From assembly GCF_009914755.1 (NCBI RefSeq), contig NC_060947.1: a stretch of 64,000 nt of DNA, one strand, 5' to 3'. The DNA comes from the human T2T-CHM13v2.0 reference genome, Homo sapiens. Both the position numbers and the translations under genes were made by a program. Below are positions 39,757-53,686 of the stretch, piece after piece (the first letter of the stretch is position 1; the number at the start of each line of letters is the position of its first letter). Under the pieces are notes generated by a model that did no database searches, was not told where the DNA came from, and saw only the letters and a program-made list of their open reading frames with translations.

Positions 39757-40779
39757 ACTACATCTTTTTATAAATACACTTAAATGTTTTTAGGCCCATT
39801 AACATACCCTTGTTTACAATGGATATGTCCTATTAAAATACATATCCCAATTTCCTCCCCTTTCCCATCTTCCTCAATTTATTTCACTTTTGTAATTAAA
39901 GAGGATACAGAACCATGACAAAAAGCTCATGAGTTTTTAGATATACATTCCCATGAAATAACAAAATAGAAAGGAGAAATCAGAGGTGTCAAATTGCTCT
40001 TAAGTCTGTCACAATGTTTTTATTAATTCCTACTTCCAAAACCATAATTTCTGTATACATATTTATGGTGTGAAAAAACTGAGAGGTTTATTTTTATTTT
40101 CATGAGTTTAATATCATCTTTAATCCTCATTGCAAAAAGAAAATTTACTAAAGTTTTTGTAATGAAGTAAGAACCAGAGAGTCATTCTTATTTTTATTTT
40201 ACAGAATGGGAAACAAAGATCCAGCAAGGCAAAATTCTCTCATCCTTAAGAGTAATCATGAAATCAAAGAGCCATTTGGGCTGAAAATGACTTTTAAAAG
40301 ATTTACGCCTCCTGAATAGACTTTTAAACTTTCCATAGATTTTCGGCATCCAACTTTATTCTAAGATTTTCATAATGTGGGCTATGGAAACTACAGAAAA
40401 CATTACAGTTGCATATGATTCTAAAATGTAAATAACAGGCAGCTTCAGCCCCCCTAAATCTCAGCATTACCAACGTTTGATTAAAATTACATTAAGACAT
40501 TTGGAATAGATGAGACATTGTGTTTCCCTAGTTTTCTAGAGGCTTGAGAGTTGTGTGCAAGAGATTACATCTTTCCTAACCTATTTCCTCCTAGCTGTGT
40601 ACCACCCATTCCTTTCCAAATTCCTATGTTTCCTGATATTAACAATGTGACAGAGATCCAGGAGTACTAATTCTTGGTTGGACATAGATGAGCTCTTGGA
40701 AATTCCTGACTTATAGCCAGAGAGTAGGCACATTAATATTTTATGCCTTTCTCAGGTAGAAACTTGTGGACAATAATAA

Positions 40780-41012
40780 CAGATATAATTTGATTGATTC
40801 ATGTCAGCTATATATCAATCTTTTTATAATTATGCCTATTCCTTACAACAATCCTATAAACTAGGTAGTAAGAGCTCCATTTAGCAGAAGAGAAAACTGT
40901 ATAGGAGATAATGTAAGAGTTATAAATTGAATTAAGGTCCCATTGATTTGGATTAAGGTCTAGATTTTATGATCTTCAAATGTCTAAATTAAATTTGATC
41001 TACTACTTTTTA
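40780..41012 (-). mobile_element. MIR fragment
   Basis: ccttacaacaatcctataaactaggtag...ccatttagcagaagagaaaactg...aaggtcc matches the reverse MIR core. Confidence 0.55.
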
Positions 41013-41650
41013 GATCTACTCCTTTTTGTCCTGTCCTCAGAGGGCAGAGAATGCAAGGTTTCTGATTGTCAAACTAATTTTTTGTCTTTTAATCTATATT
41101 ATTTTTTTCTTAACTAAAACAATACCAACAAAAAAGAAATACAAACAGAGCTTTTCTGTATCAAAGAAATTCCCAAGTGTTGTTTTCTGGATTGAATTCA
41201 ATATTGAGGCAAAGGTGCAAGTGAGTTCATATGCCAGCCACTTTAAAATGATCTTCCATTTCCCTCTTGTTATATGCATTTTGATCTCCTTTTTCCTTTA
41301 GAGAAGAAATGTAAACAGAGAAGGCTTATGTAGCATCACAGAAAAGACTCGAAAATCTGATACTTTTCTCTCCATTCTCTTCTTGTCATGAATAATCAAA
41401 AAAGCAAAATAGTTTATGGGCATCCTGCTCTCCAATTCTCCATACTTAGATCAGATGAAAACATTTTTCCTCATTAAGAAGGAGTTGCCAAATATATTCC
41501 TTTCTTCTGCTAGAAGTATAACTAAACACACTAAAGTTGTTTGGTGGTCAGATTTTCCCCACATACTGCTAAGTTGCCCTATCCTGAAGCTCAGCTATTT
41601 CTAATGTTCCCGCAATTTCTTTGTGGAAAGATCTACCTGGCCCTTCATTG

Positions 41651-41822
41651 CCTCTCCTCCCTTCCCTCTCCTCTCCTCCTCCCTTCCCTCTCCTCTCCTC
41701 CTCCCTTCCCTCTCCTCTCCTCCTCCCTTGTTCTTGCTTCCCTTCCCCACTTACTCTTCTTTTCCTCCCTCTCCCCTACCCTCTCTTCTCCTCCTCTCTC
41801 CTCTCCTCCCTGCGCCCCTTTC
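41651..41822. repeat. Polypyrimidine (CT-rich) tract including ~3 copies of a 22-bp unit
   Basis: ctctcctcctcccttccctctc is repeated over ~41651-41729, followed by a nearly purine-free tract. Confidence 0.92.
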
Positions 41823-41874
41823 TAGTCTCAGGTGGAAACATGTGGAAATGTCTCTCTCATCCTATATTTCTCTT

Positions 41875-42258
41875 TGATATGGTTCAGCTGTGTCCCCACC
41901 CATATCTCATCTTGGATTGTAATCCCCATAATCCCCACATGTCAAGGGTGGGACCTGGTGGGAGGTGATTGATTCAAGCATGGGGGTGGTTTCCCCCATG
42001 CTGTTCTTGTGATAGAGAGTGAGGTCTCAGGATATCCAATGGTTTTATAAGGGGCTCTTCCCCCTTCTCTCATTCACTCTTTCTCTTGCCTGCTGCCATG
42101 TAAGACGTGCCATTGCTTTTCTCTCACCTTCTGCCATGATTGTACATTTCCTGAGGCCTCCCCAGCCATGGGAACTGTAAGTCAATTAAACCTCTTTTAT
42201 TTATAAATTACCCAGTCTTGGGTATGTCTTTATACTAGTGTGAAAATAGATTAATACA
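41875..42258 (+). mobile_element. THE1 (THE1D-like) solo LTR
   Basis: tgatatggttcagctgtgtccccaccc...attaaacctctttt...aatagattaataca. TSD ctctt/ctctc (4 of 5). Confidence 0.92.
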
Positions 42259-45200
42259 CTCTCCTATCTCTCTCATACCATCAATTCAATTGCAAAGGCC
42301 TTTAATCAAAGTGTGCATGGAAGGCAAGGAGATTCTGATGCTTTATAGCATCTAACCTTCAACTGGAATTTTTGCTTGGAATTCTATATCACTGGGCCCT
42401 GTTGACATTCACCCTTGCTTTGCCCTTAGGATATATGACATACATTCATGAATTTTAAGGAGAGTTTTCTCTCTTGATCCCTCAACCAGGAAAACATCTT
42501 GCTATATGAAACTGTAACCATTTCTTTGCCTGGAAATATTATATTGTCAAAGACCTACTGTATGTCCTGCAAAATATGAGTAACTGGCAGTACCATTAGT
42601 CTCACAGAAGGAATAATAATTTAAAAAGTTATTCATTCTAATACTGGCAGAAATCTTGGAGGAAATAATTTACCTTTCCAGTTATTTCATTTATTTATTT
42701 TTAATAACACAATTCTATGAATGTCTTATGTTTTAATTTTTTAAGTTTTCCCTAATATTATATTCTAAAAAATTCCATGTGTCCTTATACCTGGAGACAG
42801 GTTGATAACTTGAAAATTTTGCTTCATACTCTCCCTTTGGGGGCACAACTGGATTTTTGAAGAAGTTGGCTTCCCTTTTCAACACAATTTGGCTGCTCAT
42901 TAATAAGTGTATTATGCTACTCCCCAGAGGCTTCCCTCTGATGATAACAAGAAAGGCATTACCTGACAGGCACATGAGGAACAAGATGTACTCCTCGTTT
43001 CTTAGAAACACCGATGGCAAAAATGTGAGAATGGGAACTGCAGGAAAGAGATGCATATGTGAAAAATAATGACAGAGGCTTAAGGACTGATAGCAAGGTG
43101 AAAGAGATTCCTGTAAACATGCAAATCCCTAGAAGAGTAAGGACTGAGCTCCACATATAAGATTGTAGCAAGAATTCATGAAATTACTTCTAAGCCTCCA
43201 TTTTGCATTTCTTATAGTATCACAGGTTTCATTTTTATTTTTGGCATTTCTAATAAAGTTAACTAAGTGCCAAGTTCATGAAGTTGATTAAATAATATGA
43301 TAGAGAGAGAGAGAGTAAGATCAGACAGAAAAGATTCAAGCATTGGGAGTCTCTTCCTGGGTTGCTCCAGAGAGTCATGGGTTTTTTTTGTTTGTTTTTT
43401 GTTTTTTGTTTTGAGATGAGGTTAGCAGCTCTAATGTTACACTGCATGGTTCATAGTTGCAAACTTGAAAGCCAGGATGCAAGTAGCAGCTGCATTCTTG
43501 GTACAACTCTAAACCCAGAGTGGTCACTCATTAACTGCAGAAGGAGAGTCTGTCCATTTGCAATATTCCACTGTAGTGGCAGAAGCAATAGCAGTAGATT
43601 GAGCAGCTTTCCCCCATGCAATGCCAGACTTAAAAGCTTTACAAGAATGTTGGGGCCTTTCTGTTTACGCAGTGATATTGAATGAAGATGGGACCAGCTC
43701 AAGTCTGAGGTTGCTGCTCAGAATGGACTCATTGAAAGAAAATCAGAAAGCCATTCTGTTTTGAGTTCTCAAGATCTGTTAATTTATGAAAAACGTATGA
43801 ATTGGCAAAGCTGTGTAGAATGCAGTTGTCTAATCAGTAAAACATACACCACAAAACAAAATGTAGCACAAAGCGGGAGGATTTCAAAAACAGGCCCATT
43901 GGTTGCAAAATATATAAGCTCTCCTGACTTTACCTGGAACAAAACTCTGTCATCTATCCAAACATTAGTTGTTCCTGGGAAGCACTTTTGGACGCTTTAC
44001 TAAAGTAAACACATTTTCTTATTGTCTACATTTATTCAAACCAGATCTCTGAATGAAGAGCCTATAATTAACTTAACTCTTTAGGTGCTGTGGCAAATAC
44101 AAACAAAATAGAAGTATAATAAAACTATTAGCTTGCTTCTTGATTGATAGACATTGTGATAACAGCATTGTCTATAAATTCTCATCTAAGCCTCACAGTG
44201 ATCTTATAAGGGGAGTCCTATTACATAAATACCAGGTTTGCCACAAAACCCTTGCTATGTTAATTGCTTTCAAGATCCTTGAAGACCAAGACTCCCTCAG
44301 TTCTTATCTGCTGTCTGAAAAGAGATTACACAGAAAATAGAGTGAATGAGAAGACATATATTGCCATGTTCAGTTTTAAATTTGCTTCTAGCACACACTT
44401 TCAACTTTGTCCTTAGACATATTCCTCAAAGAGAACAAGAACATCTGCAATCTACAGTGGGAAGGGATGTCCTAAGATTCAGGTACATTTAGGAATATTT
44501 AAGTGTTAGTTGTAATCCTGTTGTGTGAAAAAGGACCAATCTACATTTCCAAGCGTGAGAATATAGAGTGTATACATTGTCAAAGTTTTGGAGTTTCTGA
44601 ATTTTGATGACCAATCAGTTCTTGCTAAAGAGACCTAAAGCAGTATTGCCCTATAATGTCTCTGTCCAGAAATGCAAGCAGTTTGCACATTCTTATATTT
44701 TCTAAATTAAAAAAAAAAACAATAGTTTTGTCATTTTGTACTTTTTTTTTGGCTAGATCTACATTTAGCAAAAGATGCTATATTAGACATGGGGATGCTT
44801 ATTTTAAGGGGTTACTCTCAAGGAGATATAAAGAGTTAATAATATATTTATAAGCCTGCTAAAGATGGTATACAGACACATACAACTACCTTACAAATAA
44901 TTTACAACATATTTACAGAAAATAAGTTAAAACGCAGCAATGGCTCTTGCAAATTCATTTCTTACAATTTTGGATTCATACATTTTATTCAATACGACTT
45001 AAATATGTTCCAGTGCACTATATATAATGAAATGGAGGTTCCAGGAATAGCAATCGATGTGTAGCAATTGTTGACCAGACAGAGCTAATGTAAATTACTT
45101 AAGGTCAAATTTTTGTTCATGAATATATACAAATCAAACTGCATTTAATAAGTCCTTTAAAATCCCTTAAAGGGAAAATCCAATAGTTTGAAAGAAAGGG

Positions 45201-48200
45201 AATTTATACCATGATGGAGCAACATAAATATAAGAGAAGGCTCACAAATATTTCTCCTATTGACTACTGAAAGCATTTGCCATGAACTTACCTAACCCTT
45301 CTTCAAAACGTATTTTCCTTCCTTAGATGTAAAACTAAATAAAGACTTGCCTACAAAGCTGAGTGGATCTCAAAGATATTTTCTACAGGACTCTGTGTTC
45401 TAGTTTTATCTCCTTTTGCTTTCCTCAGCAGACATGTCCAGGCCCCAAATTCTGCCATTGCCTTTGAGAAATTTTAAATTCTCAATACCTTGCTGCATCT
45501 TGGAAGTGATTTGTTAGTGTTTATGATGTTCATATTTTTGTACAATGAGGATCTAGAGAAGACAAGGACATATACAGTTTACTACTCTTCCATATATAAA
45601 TTGACAAGATCAAGGTACAGCTTCCATATCAGCCTCAAACTTGTTTCAGGATATTTATTACGTAGTCCACATCAGCCTCTTCTTGACTAATGCTTTATCT
45701 CTGAGCATTTTCTATTGGAGTTTATGAGCCTTAAAGATATTTTCCTAGTAAAAATTATCCAAGCATATTTTTATTTTCTGTCCATTTTGATTTGAGGAAT
45801 TCTGAAGGCCAAGCCTAAGTCTCTTTCATTTCTTCTAACTGTCCTAGTACATATCACAGTATTGTGACTACCGAAAGTACTTAATAACGATAAATGTTTG
45901 AAGAAACCATACACAGTTCCTTCCACATCCCCCACAGCCTGAACTGCATACTATTATTCAAGAGGTTGGATGAAAGCATCTGTATGAAGTGTAGAAAGCA
46001 GTGGATTGACCTCATTAATTTATATACATGCTTATGGAGCTGACCTAAATTTGGTCACTTGATATGAAGGAGGCTGCTATTTTCTCTGTTACAGGGTAGC
46101 AACTAAACTAAGATGGAACAGCTGGCACCAAAGGCTATACCAGAAATTGAGGCGAAGTAAAAAGGAAGCATCATTCACAACTTGCATAGTACTCACAAAA
46201 TCCATGGAAAGTTCTTATCTCAGATCTTTGAAACAAAACAACGAATGCAAAATTGATTCTCTTCTCAGCCAGGATTGACAAGAGCTTTGACGTTTGTGTG
46301 TATTATAACCTACACAATGTTGGAAAAAGAAAGATAAAATAAGGCTTTGCTGTTAATGGTTATCTGTTCCTGAATGGCAAGCTTTACATGCTTGTATCTC
46401 CCACAAGGTTCATTTCTTGAAACAGACAAAAAGCTCCACTGGTTCTCTGTGATTTGTCTGAACTGTTTTGCGTGTCTCTGATCCTTCCTTTGCAAAGCTG
46501 GCTGACAACATGAGGTCTTGTTTTCTGACTCAAAATATTCAAACTAAGGGTGTTGAATTGCAGATTTAGGACACAATTGGAAATTTTAAATGAATTTTAA
46601 ACTTTCCCACCTGAATTAACATATAAGTCACATTTGTTAGGCTTATTAGCACAAATGATGGGGAATAAAGAGAAAAGAGTAAAATTAAAAATTAGTAAAT
46701 TCAATTTAGGGGAGGATTTCAAGAATTTGGGGTTGGCCTGTACATGGATTCTGGAACTTCCCCAAGTATGTAAATTATCCCCAATGTTTCAACTATCTCA
46801 TCTTTTGAAAAACTAGTGAATTCCAGCTAGATGCTGGCAGAGCTGCAGCTGTTAGAGCATCCTAGCCAACCTAGCAGAGAAGCCAGGAGAGCACAAAATG
46901 AGAAATCTGCATGCTCTCTTTCCTCCAGCCTGACCATCTGTGTATGGACATAGAGCACCAAAGTCGTGCAGCTGTACTCATAATGCTCTATTATGGAAAG
47001 AGATAATTTATCTTCAAATGTAATTCATTTCTCTGTTGTCAATGGCTATCAGACAATGCTGAGGCAGAGGTAGGGGTTTTGGGGTGGGGACAAAATGTGG
47101 AGGATATGCATCATGTGTTTTTACATGAATACTATAAACTCATGATATAACAATGATTATTTGGTCTTGGATATAGTCTCTTCTAAAATCCACATGCATT
47201 CATTCAATTATCGGTTTGCAGGTGGTGAGCACATGCTCTATTGTGAACACTTTGTATCTGCAATGTGAAGCAACATTTTACAAATGTCATGAGAGCACAG
47301 CAATGATAACCTGTCTGGCTTTCTGTAAACAATTTTGTTCAAAGGAACAGCATCCAATTTGGTTCAAATAATTTACAGAAAACAGAATCTCCATACCCAA
47401 CCTATATATATCCTAAATAAGCAGAAGTACAGAAACTTTTAAAACTAAACTAAAAAACATGTATAAGTTCTGAGCTACAGGTAGACATTTCACTAAAAGT
47501 GGCATCCACTGTGATGTGACTGCAAGCAATTTTCCAACCAAGTCTCCTGTAGGTTAAACCATAACAAAGACTGGAGATGTATCTTCCCATTTCCTGCAGG
47601 AGAATATTTCATAGAAAAATCATGTCATCCATTTTTGAAACTTTTAGGAAAGCTTTAGGAGACACAGTTTTTGTTTGTTTGTTTGTTGTTTTTTCTAAAC
47701 CCTTGGGCAGGAAGATTAAAACCTGTTCCAGGGCTAAGCCATGATTCAGTCAGGAAAATATTTTATTTTAAAAATTAAGGACATAAGCATGTAGGACTTC
47801 ATGAATCTCCTTATTCCCAACCATTATCCTATTAGAACTGTATTTAAAAAAAAAAAGTCAAAGAGAACATATTTTCAAAAAACCTCAAACCTAAAGGAAA
47901 GGAAAAGAGAAACGGTAATAGTCATGCAATGGGAGGAAATGTTTTAAAATAATACACTGAATTAGAACTGCCTCTTACAAAATATATGAGGAGATTTTGT
48001 TTACTAGTCTACTCCCCAGGTCTATATTTTTATGCTACATATCTGTACCCACCATTATATGCATAATGGAGATATGGTGATATGGTACATTAGATTCTAC
48101 AGAGCAAGAAGAAGGCTTGGGGCAACTTAATCAGACCCCTATGCTGGAAAATGATACATATCATAAAGAGCTACTTTTTGCTAGGATATAAGTAATAAGT

Positions 48201-50371
48201 AATATCGTATTACCACTGGTGTCTATCCCCTATAGTTCAACAAAGCAGAGTGTACCCATTTCTTGTCTGGTCTGGTGCATGTTTCTTTTTGCAGTAGTAT
48301 TGCCAATGTGAAAAATTAGGTTTGATGATTTCAATCTGTCAAGCTTCCTAAAAGCTTGTGCTCCATATATTTTGAACAGTTAATAGAAGAGTTGCCAATA
48401 AAAAAAAAAAAAAAACTATGTTAATTTCTTCCCAAGCTTGAGTTTTGTCTGATGGTGCTCATCCGCAATGTGTTTTGAAATCTAAAAGTTAACACAGATA
48501 GAAAGTCAAAACAAACAGAAAAGGGCAAAAACATGAACATATTTTATTGTGGTTTTAAAAAGCACATAATGTGAGAGCTACACTCAACAAATTTTTACGT
48601 GTACACTGTTAACTATAAACACAATGTTATACAGTAGGTCTGTCTCTAGAACTTTCTCATTTTGAATGATTGAGAACTCTAAACCCACTGAACAGGAACA
48701 CCCCATTTTCTACTACTCCCCCAGACCTTGGCAATCACCATATTACTCTCTGTTTCTGAATATGGTTATTTAATACACCTCATATAAGCAGAATCATGCA
48801 GTATTTTTCCTTCCATTACTGGCTTATATCACTTAGAATAATGTCCTCAAGGTTCATCCATGTTCTATCACAATACAGGATTCAGTTCTTTTTTAAGGGA
48901 GTAAGGATCTACTGTATGTATATACTACATTTCATTCATCTGGTGATAGACGTTGGGGTTATTTCCATATCTTAGCTATTGTGAATAGTGCTGCAATGAA
49001 CATGGGAGTGCAAATATCTCTCTGAGATCCTGATTTCACTTCTGTCAGAAAATACCCAGAAATGAGCTTGCTAGATCATATGGCAGTTCTATTTTTTGTT
49101 TTTTGAACAAACTCCATACTGTTCTCCATAGTGGCTGCACCATTTTACATTCCCACCAACAGTGCACAAGATTTGCAATTTCTCCACATCCTCACAAAGA
49201 CCTGTATTTCTTCTTCTGATTTTGTTTGATTGTTTATACATTACAAAGACCATCCTAATAGGTGTGAGATGTTTCATTGTGATTTTAGTTTGCATATCCC
49301 TGATGATTAGTTATGTTGAGCATGTTTTTATATACCTGCTGGTCACTTGTATGTCTTCTTTGAAGCAATGTCTAATCAAGTCCTTTGCCCATTTTTCAGT
49401 TGGGTTATTCGTTTTACTGCTATTGAATTGTAAGTGTTATTTCTATATTTCGGATATGAAACCCTTTTCAAATGTGTGGTTTGCAAATACTTTCTCCTAC
49501 TATATAAGTTTCCTTTCACTCTGTTGATTGTTCCCTTCGCTGCAAATAATGTTTTTTAGCTTGATGTGGTCCAACTTGTTTATTTTTGGTTTTGTTGTCT
49601 GTGCTTTTTGTCATACCCAATAAATTTTTACCTGGACCAATGTCATGAGGTTTTTCCCCTATGTTTCCTGCTAGAGTTTTATAGTTTTGGGTCTTAAGTT
49701 TAAGTTTTAAACCATTTTAAGTTGATCTTTGTTTATGGTGTAAGATGAGAATCCAATTTCATTATTTTGCATATGGTTATCCAGTTTTCCTGATATCATT
49801 TGTTGAAGAGAATATCCTTTCCCTATTGTGTAGTCTTTGCACCCTGGTTGAAGATCATATGACAGTATATGGGTGGGCTTATTTCTGGGCATTCTATTCT
49901 ATTCCATTGGTCTCTATGTTTACTTTTATGCCAGTACCATACTGTTTTATTATTTTAGCACTATAATATGTTTTAGACTCCAGAAGTGTGACTTCTCCAC
50001 TTGACTCTTTTTTCTCAGGATAATTTTGGTTATCCCAAAATAATTGTGATTCCATATACATTTTACGATTGTTTTTCTATTTTTGCTAAAAATGCCATTG
50101 AGATTTTGATAGAGAATACATAGTATCTATAGATTGTTTTTGGTAGCATGGACATTTTAATGATATTAAGTCTTCCAATCCATGAACTTGAGCTGTTTTC
50201 CATTTATTTGTGTCTTCTTTAATTTGGCAATGTTTTGTAGTTGTCAGTGTTCAATTTTTTTGCCTCCTTGGTTGTTTATTTTTATTTTTTGATACTATTG
50301 TAAATACGAGTGCTTTCTTAATTTCCCTTTTGCATTGTTTACTATGAGTGTATAAACTTCAACTGATTTTT

Positions 50372-50689
50372 TTTTGGTTTCCTTCTTTTTTTTTTTTTTT
50401 TTTTAAGACATAGAATCTCATTTATTCACCCAAGCTGAAGTGCAGTGTCATGAACATATCTTGCTGCAGCCACAAACTCTTGGACTCAAAGGATCATCCA
50501 GCCTCAACGTCTCAAATCACTGGGATTACAGGCACATACCAACAAGCCTTGCTAATTATTTTATTTTATATTTGTAAAGATGGGGCCTGGCTATGTTGTG
50601 CACTCTGGTCTTGAACATCTGGCCTCACGCGTTCCTGTCTTGACCTCCTGAAATTCTAGGATTACAGATGTGAGCCACCATGCCTGGCC
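50372..50689 (-). mobile_element. AluJ
   Basis: Diverged dimeric Alu with J-type features (gctgcagccacaaactcttggactcaa, ggctatgttg, ctggcctca). Degenerate TSD aact(g/a)attttt. Confidence 0.9.
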
Positions 50690-53045
50690 TGAAACTAATT
50701 TTTGTATGATGGCTGTGTAACCTGCAAATTTGCTGAAGTTGTTTATTACTTATACCATTTTTGTGTGTTACATCTTTGGAGATTCCTATATACAAGATTA
50801 TGTCTTCTCTGAACATAGATAATTTTAGTTCTACCTTTCTGATTTGGATGCCTCTTATTTATTTTTCTTCCTTAATTGTCCTTTCTAGGACTTTCAGTAA
50901 TATGCTAAATATTGTTCCTTATCTTAGAAGAAAAGCTTTCAGTTTTTGACATTGAGTATGATGTTATATAGGGGCTTTTTGCTTTTTATATATGGCCTTC
51001 ATTATGTTGAGGTAATGCCTTTCTATTCCTTATTTGTTAAAAGCTTTTATCATAAAAGAGTGTTGAATTTTGTAAAATGCTTTTTTGTATTTATTAAGAT
51101 GTAATGTGATTTTTATCCTGTGTTCTCTTTATGTGGTATATCATATGATTGTTTTTTGTATTTTGAATCATTCTTGCATCTCAGGGATAAATCTCACTTG
51201 TTCATGGTATATGATCCTTTAATACGTTGTTGAATTTAGTTTGCTAGCATTTTGTTGGAATTTTTGGCATGTATATTCACCAGGTATACAGAACTGTAAT
51301 TTTCTTTTCTTATAGTGTATTTTTCTTGTTTCGGTATCAGAGTGTGCTCGCCTCATAAAATGAATTTGGAAGTATTTATTGCCTTTAATTATTGGAAAGT
51401 GAGTAAAAACAGTTTTCTTTAAATGTTTGATAGAATTCTCCAATGAAGCCATGTGATCCTGAGCTTTTATTTGTTGGCAGGTTTTTAATTGCTAATTTAA
51501 CCACTTTATTGATTATACTCCATTCAGATTTTCTATGTATTCATGAGTCAGTCTTAGTAGACTGAATGATGTAGAAATTTTTCCATTTCTTCTAGGTTAT
51601 CCAATTTATTGGAATATGATTATTCATAGTATTCTCAAATGAACCTTTTTATTTCTCTGGCATTAGTTGTAATGTCTCCTTCTACTTTTAGTTACTTGAA
51701 TCTTTCTTTTCCTATAGTCTAGCTATGTGTTTGCCAATTTTGACCATCCTTTCAAACACTAACTTTTAGTTTTCTTGATTTGTCATTATTTTCTGTTCTC
51801 TATTTCATTTATTTCTGCTTTAATCTTAATAATTTAATTCCTTCTGCCAACGTTAGGCTCAGCTTGTTCTTTTTCTAGTTCCTTGAGGTGTAATGTTATG
51901 TTCTTTATTTGGAATCTTTCTTAATATTAAAGTAGGTATTTATTGCCATAAATTTTCTGCTTAAACTCCTTTTGCTGAATCCCATAAGTTTTGGTATATT
52001 TCGTTTCCATTTTCATTTGCCTCCTACATTTTCCTTTTATTTATTTTTATTTTTATTTATTTTTTTTTTTTGCTTTGTTGTTTGTTTGGGAGCATGTTGC
52101 TTAACTTCTGCATATTTGGAAATTCTCTGAAAATTCCTCCTACTATTGATTTCTAGTTTCACACCATGGTGGTCAGAAAATATATCTAATATGATTTTAA
52201 TCTTTTAAAATTTGTTAAGACTTATTATGTGACCTAACATAGATCTATCCTGGAGAATGTTTTGTATGTGCTTGAGAAGAATGCATATTCTGCTGCTGTT
52301 GGATGGAAGAATGCATATTCTGTATGTGTCTGTTAGGTTCATTTGATCTAAAGTATAGTTTCCGCCCAATAGTCCTTTATTGATTTCATGTCTGGATAAT
52401 TTGTTCATTGTTAACAGTGGTGTATTGAAGTCCCCTACTGTTATCAAATTGCAATTTACCACTCTCTTTTTATCTATTAATATTTGCTTTATGTATTTAG
52501 GTGCTTCAATGTGGAATCCATTCATCCATGTTTACAATTGCTGTAGTTTCCTGATGAATTGACCTCTTTATCAATAAATAAAGTTTTTACTTGTCCCTTT
52601 TTCCAATTTTTTACTTAAAGTTTATTTTTTCTAATTTAAATATAGCTACCTCTGTTCTCTTTGGTTTCTTTTTGCATAAAATATCTTCTTCCATCTTTTT
52701 ACTATCAATATCATATAGTTAAATCTTTTTAAAAATCTATTCAATCACTTTATGATTTTTAACTGAAGGATTTAATCCATTTACAGTAAAGCTAATTATT
52801 AATTTGTAAGAATTTAACACTGCCATTTTAAAAATTGTTTTAGGATTGATTTGTAGAGCCTTTATTCTGTTCTTTCTTGCTGTCTTCATGATTAGATACT
52901 TTTTTTCTAGAGACATGCTGTGATTTCTTACTTTTTATCATTTGTGTATCCACATAGATTTCTACTTTGTGACTGCCATGAGGCTTGCATAAAATATTAT
53001 ATAGTTAAAATAGGCTGTTTTAGGCTGATAACAACTTAAATTTGA

Positions 53046-53396
<351 letters not shown>

Positions 53397-53606
53397 CATT
53401 TTGTGTTTTTGAGGTCACAATTTACACAATTTATATTGTGCATCCACTAACAAATTATTGTTACTATTATAATATTATTTTCTTTTCATTTTCATAATAG
53501 CAATATAACTGACTTATACACCATCATTAGAGTATTAGAGTATTCTAAAATTGACTGTCTACTTACTTCAAAAAGTAAGTTTTCTTTCTAGGTTTCCATG
53601 TTACTG

Positions 53607-53686
53607 TTAGGTTGGTGCAAAAGCAATTGCAGTTTTTGCCATTACAATCAATGATAAAAACCATAATTACTTTTGCAGCAACCTAA
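53607..53686. mobile_element. MADE1 (80-bp Hsmar1-derived MITE)
   Basis: ttaggttggtgcaaaagcaattgcagtttttgccatt ... aatgataaaaaccataattacttttgcagcaacctaa: two 37-bp TIRs and a 6-bp spacer, exactly 80 bp. Confidence 0.96.

Noticed and set aside
41541-41968. Three overlapping Pro/Ser/Leu-rich ORFs
   Set aside because: These are translations of a CT-only tract that cannot contain stop codons, running into a THE1 LTR.
42733-44003. Cluster of 60-107 aa ORFs on both strands in the repeat-poor island
   Set aside because: I see no recognisable domain, mostly non-ATG starts and no consistent exon structure. The lengths are compatible with chance.
46545-46655. Possible hAT-type DNA transposon end
   Set aside because: There is only a vague resemblance to a TIR and no partner end or TSD was found, so I cannot support it without a Dfam search.
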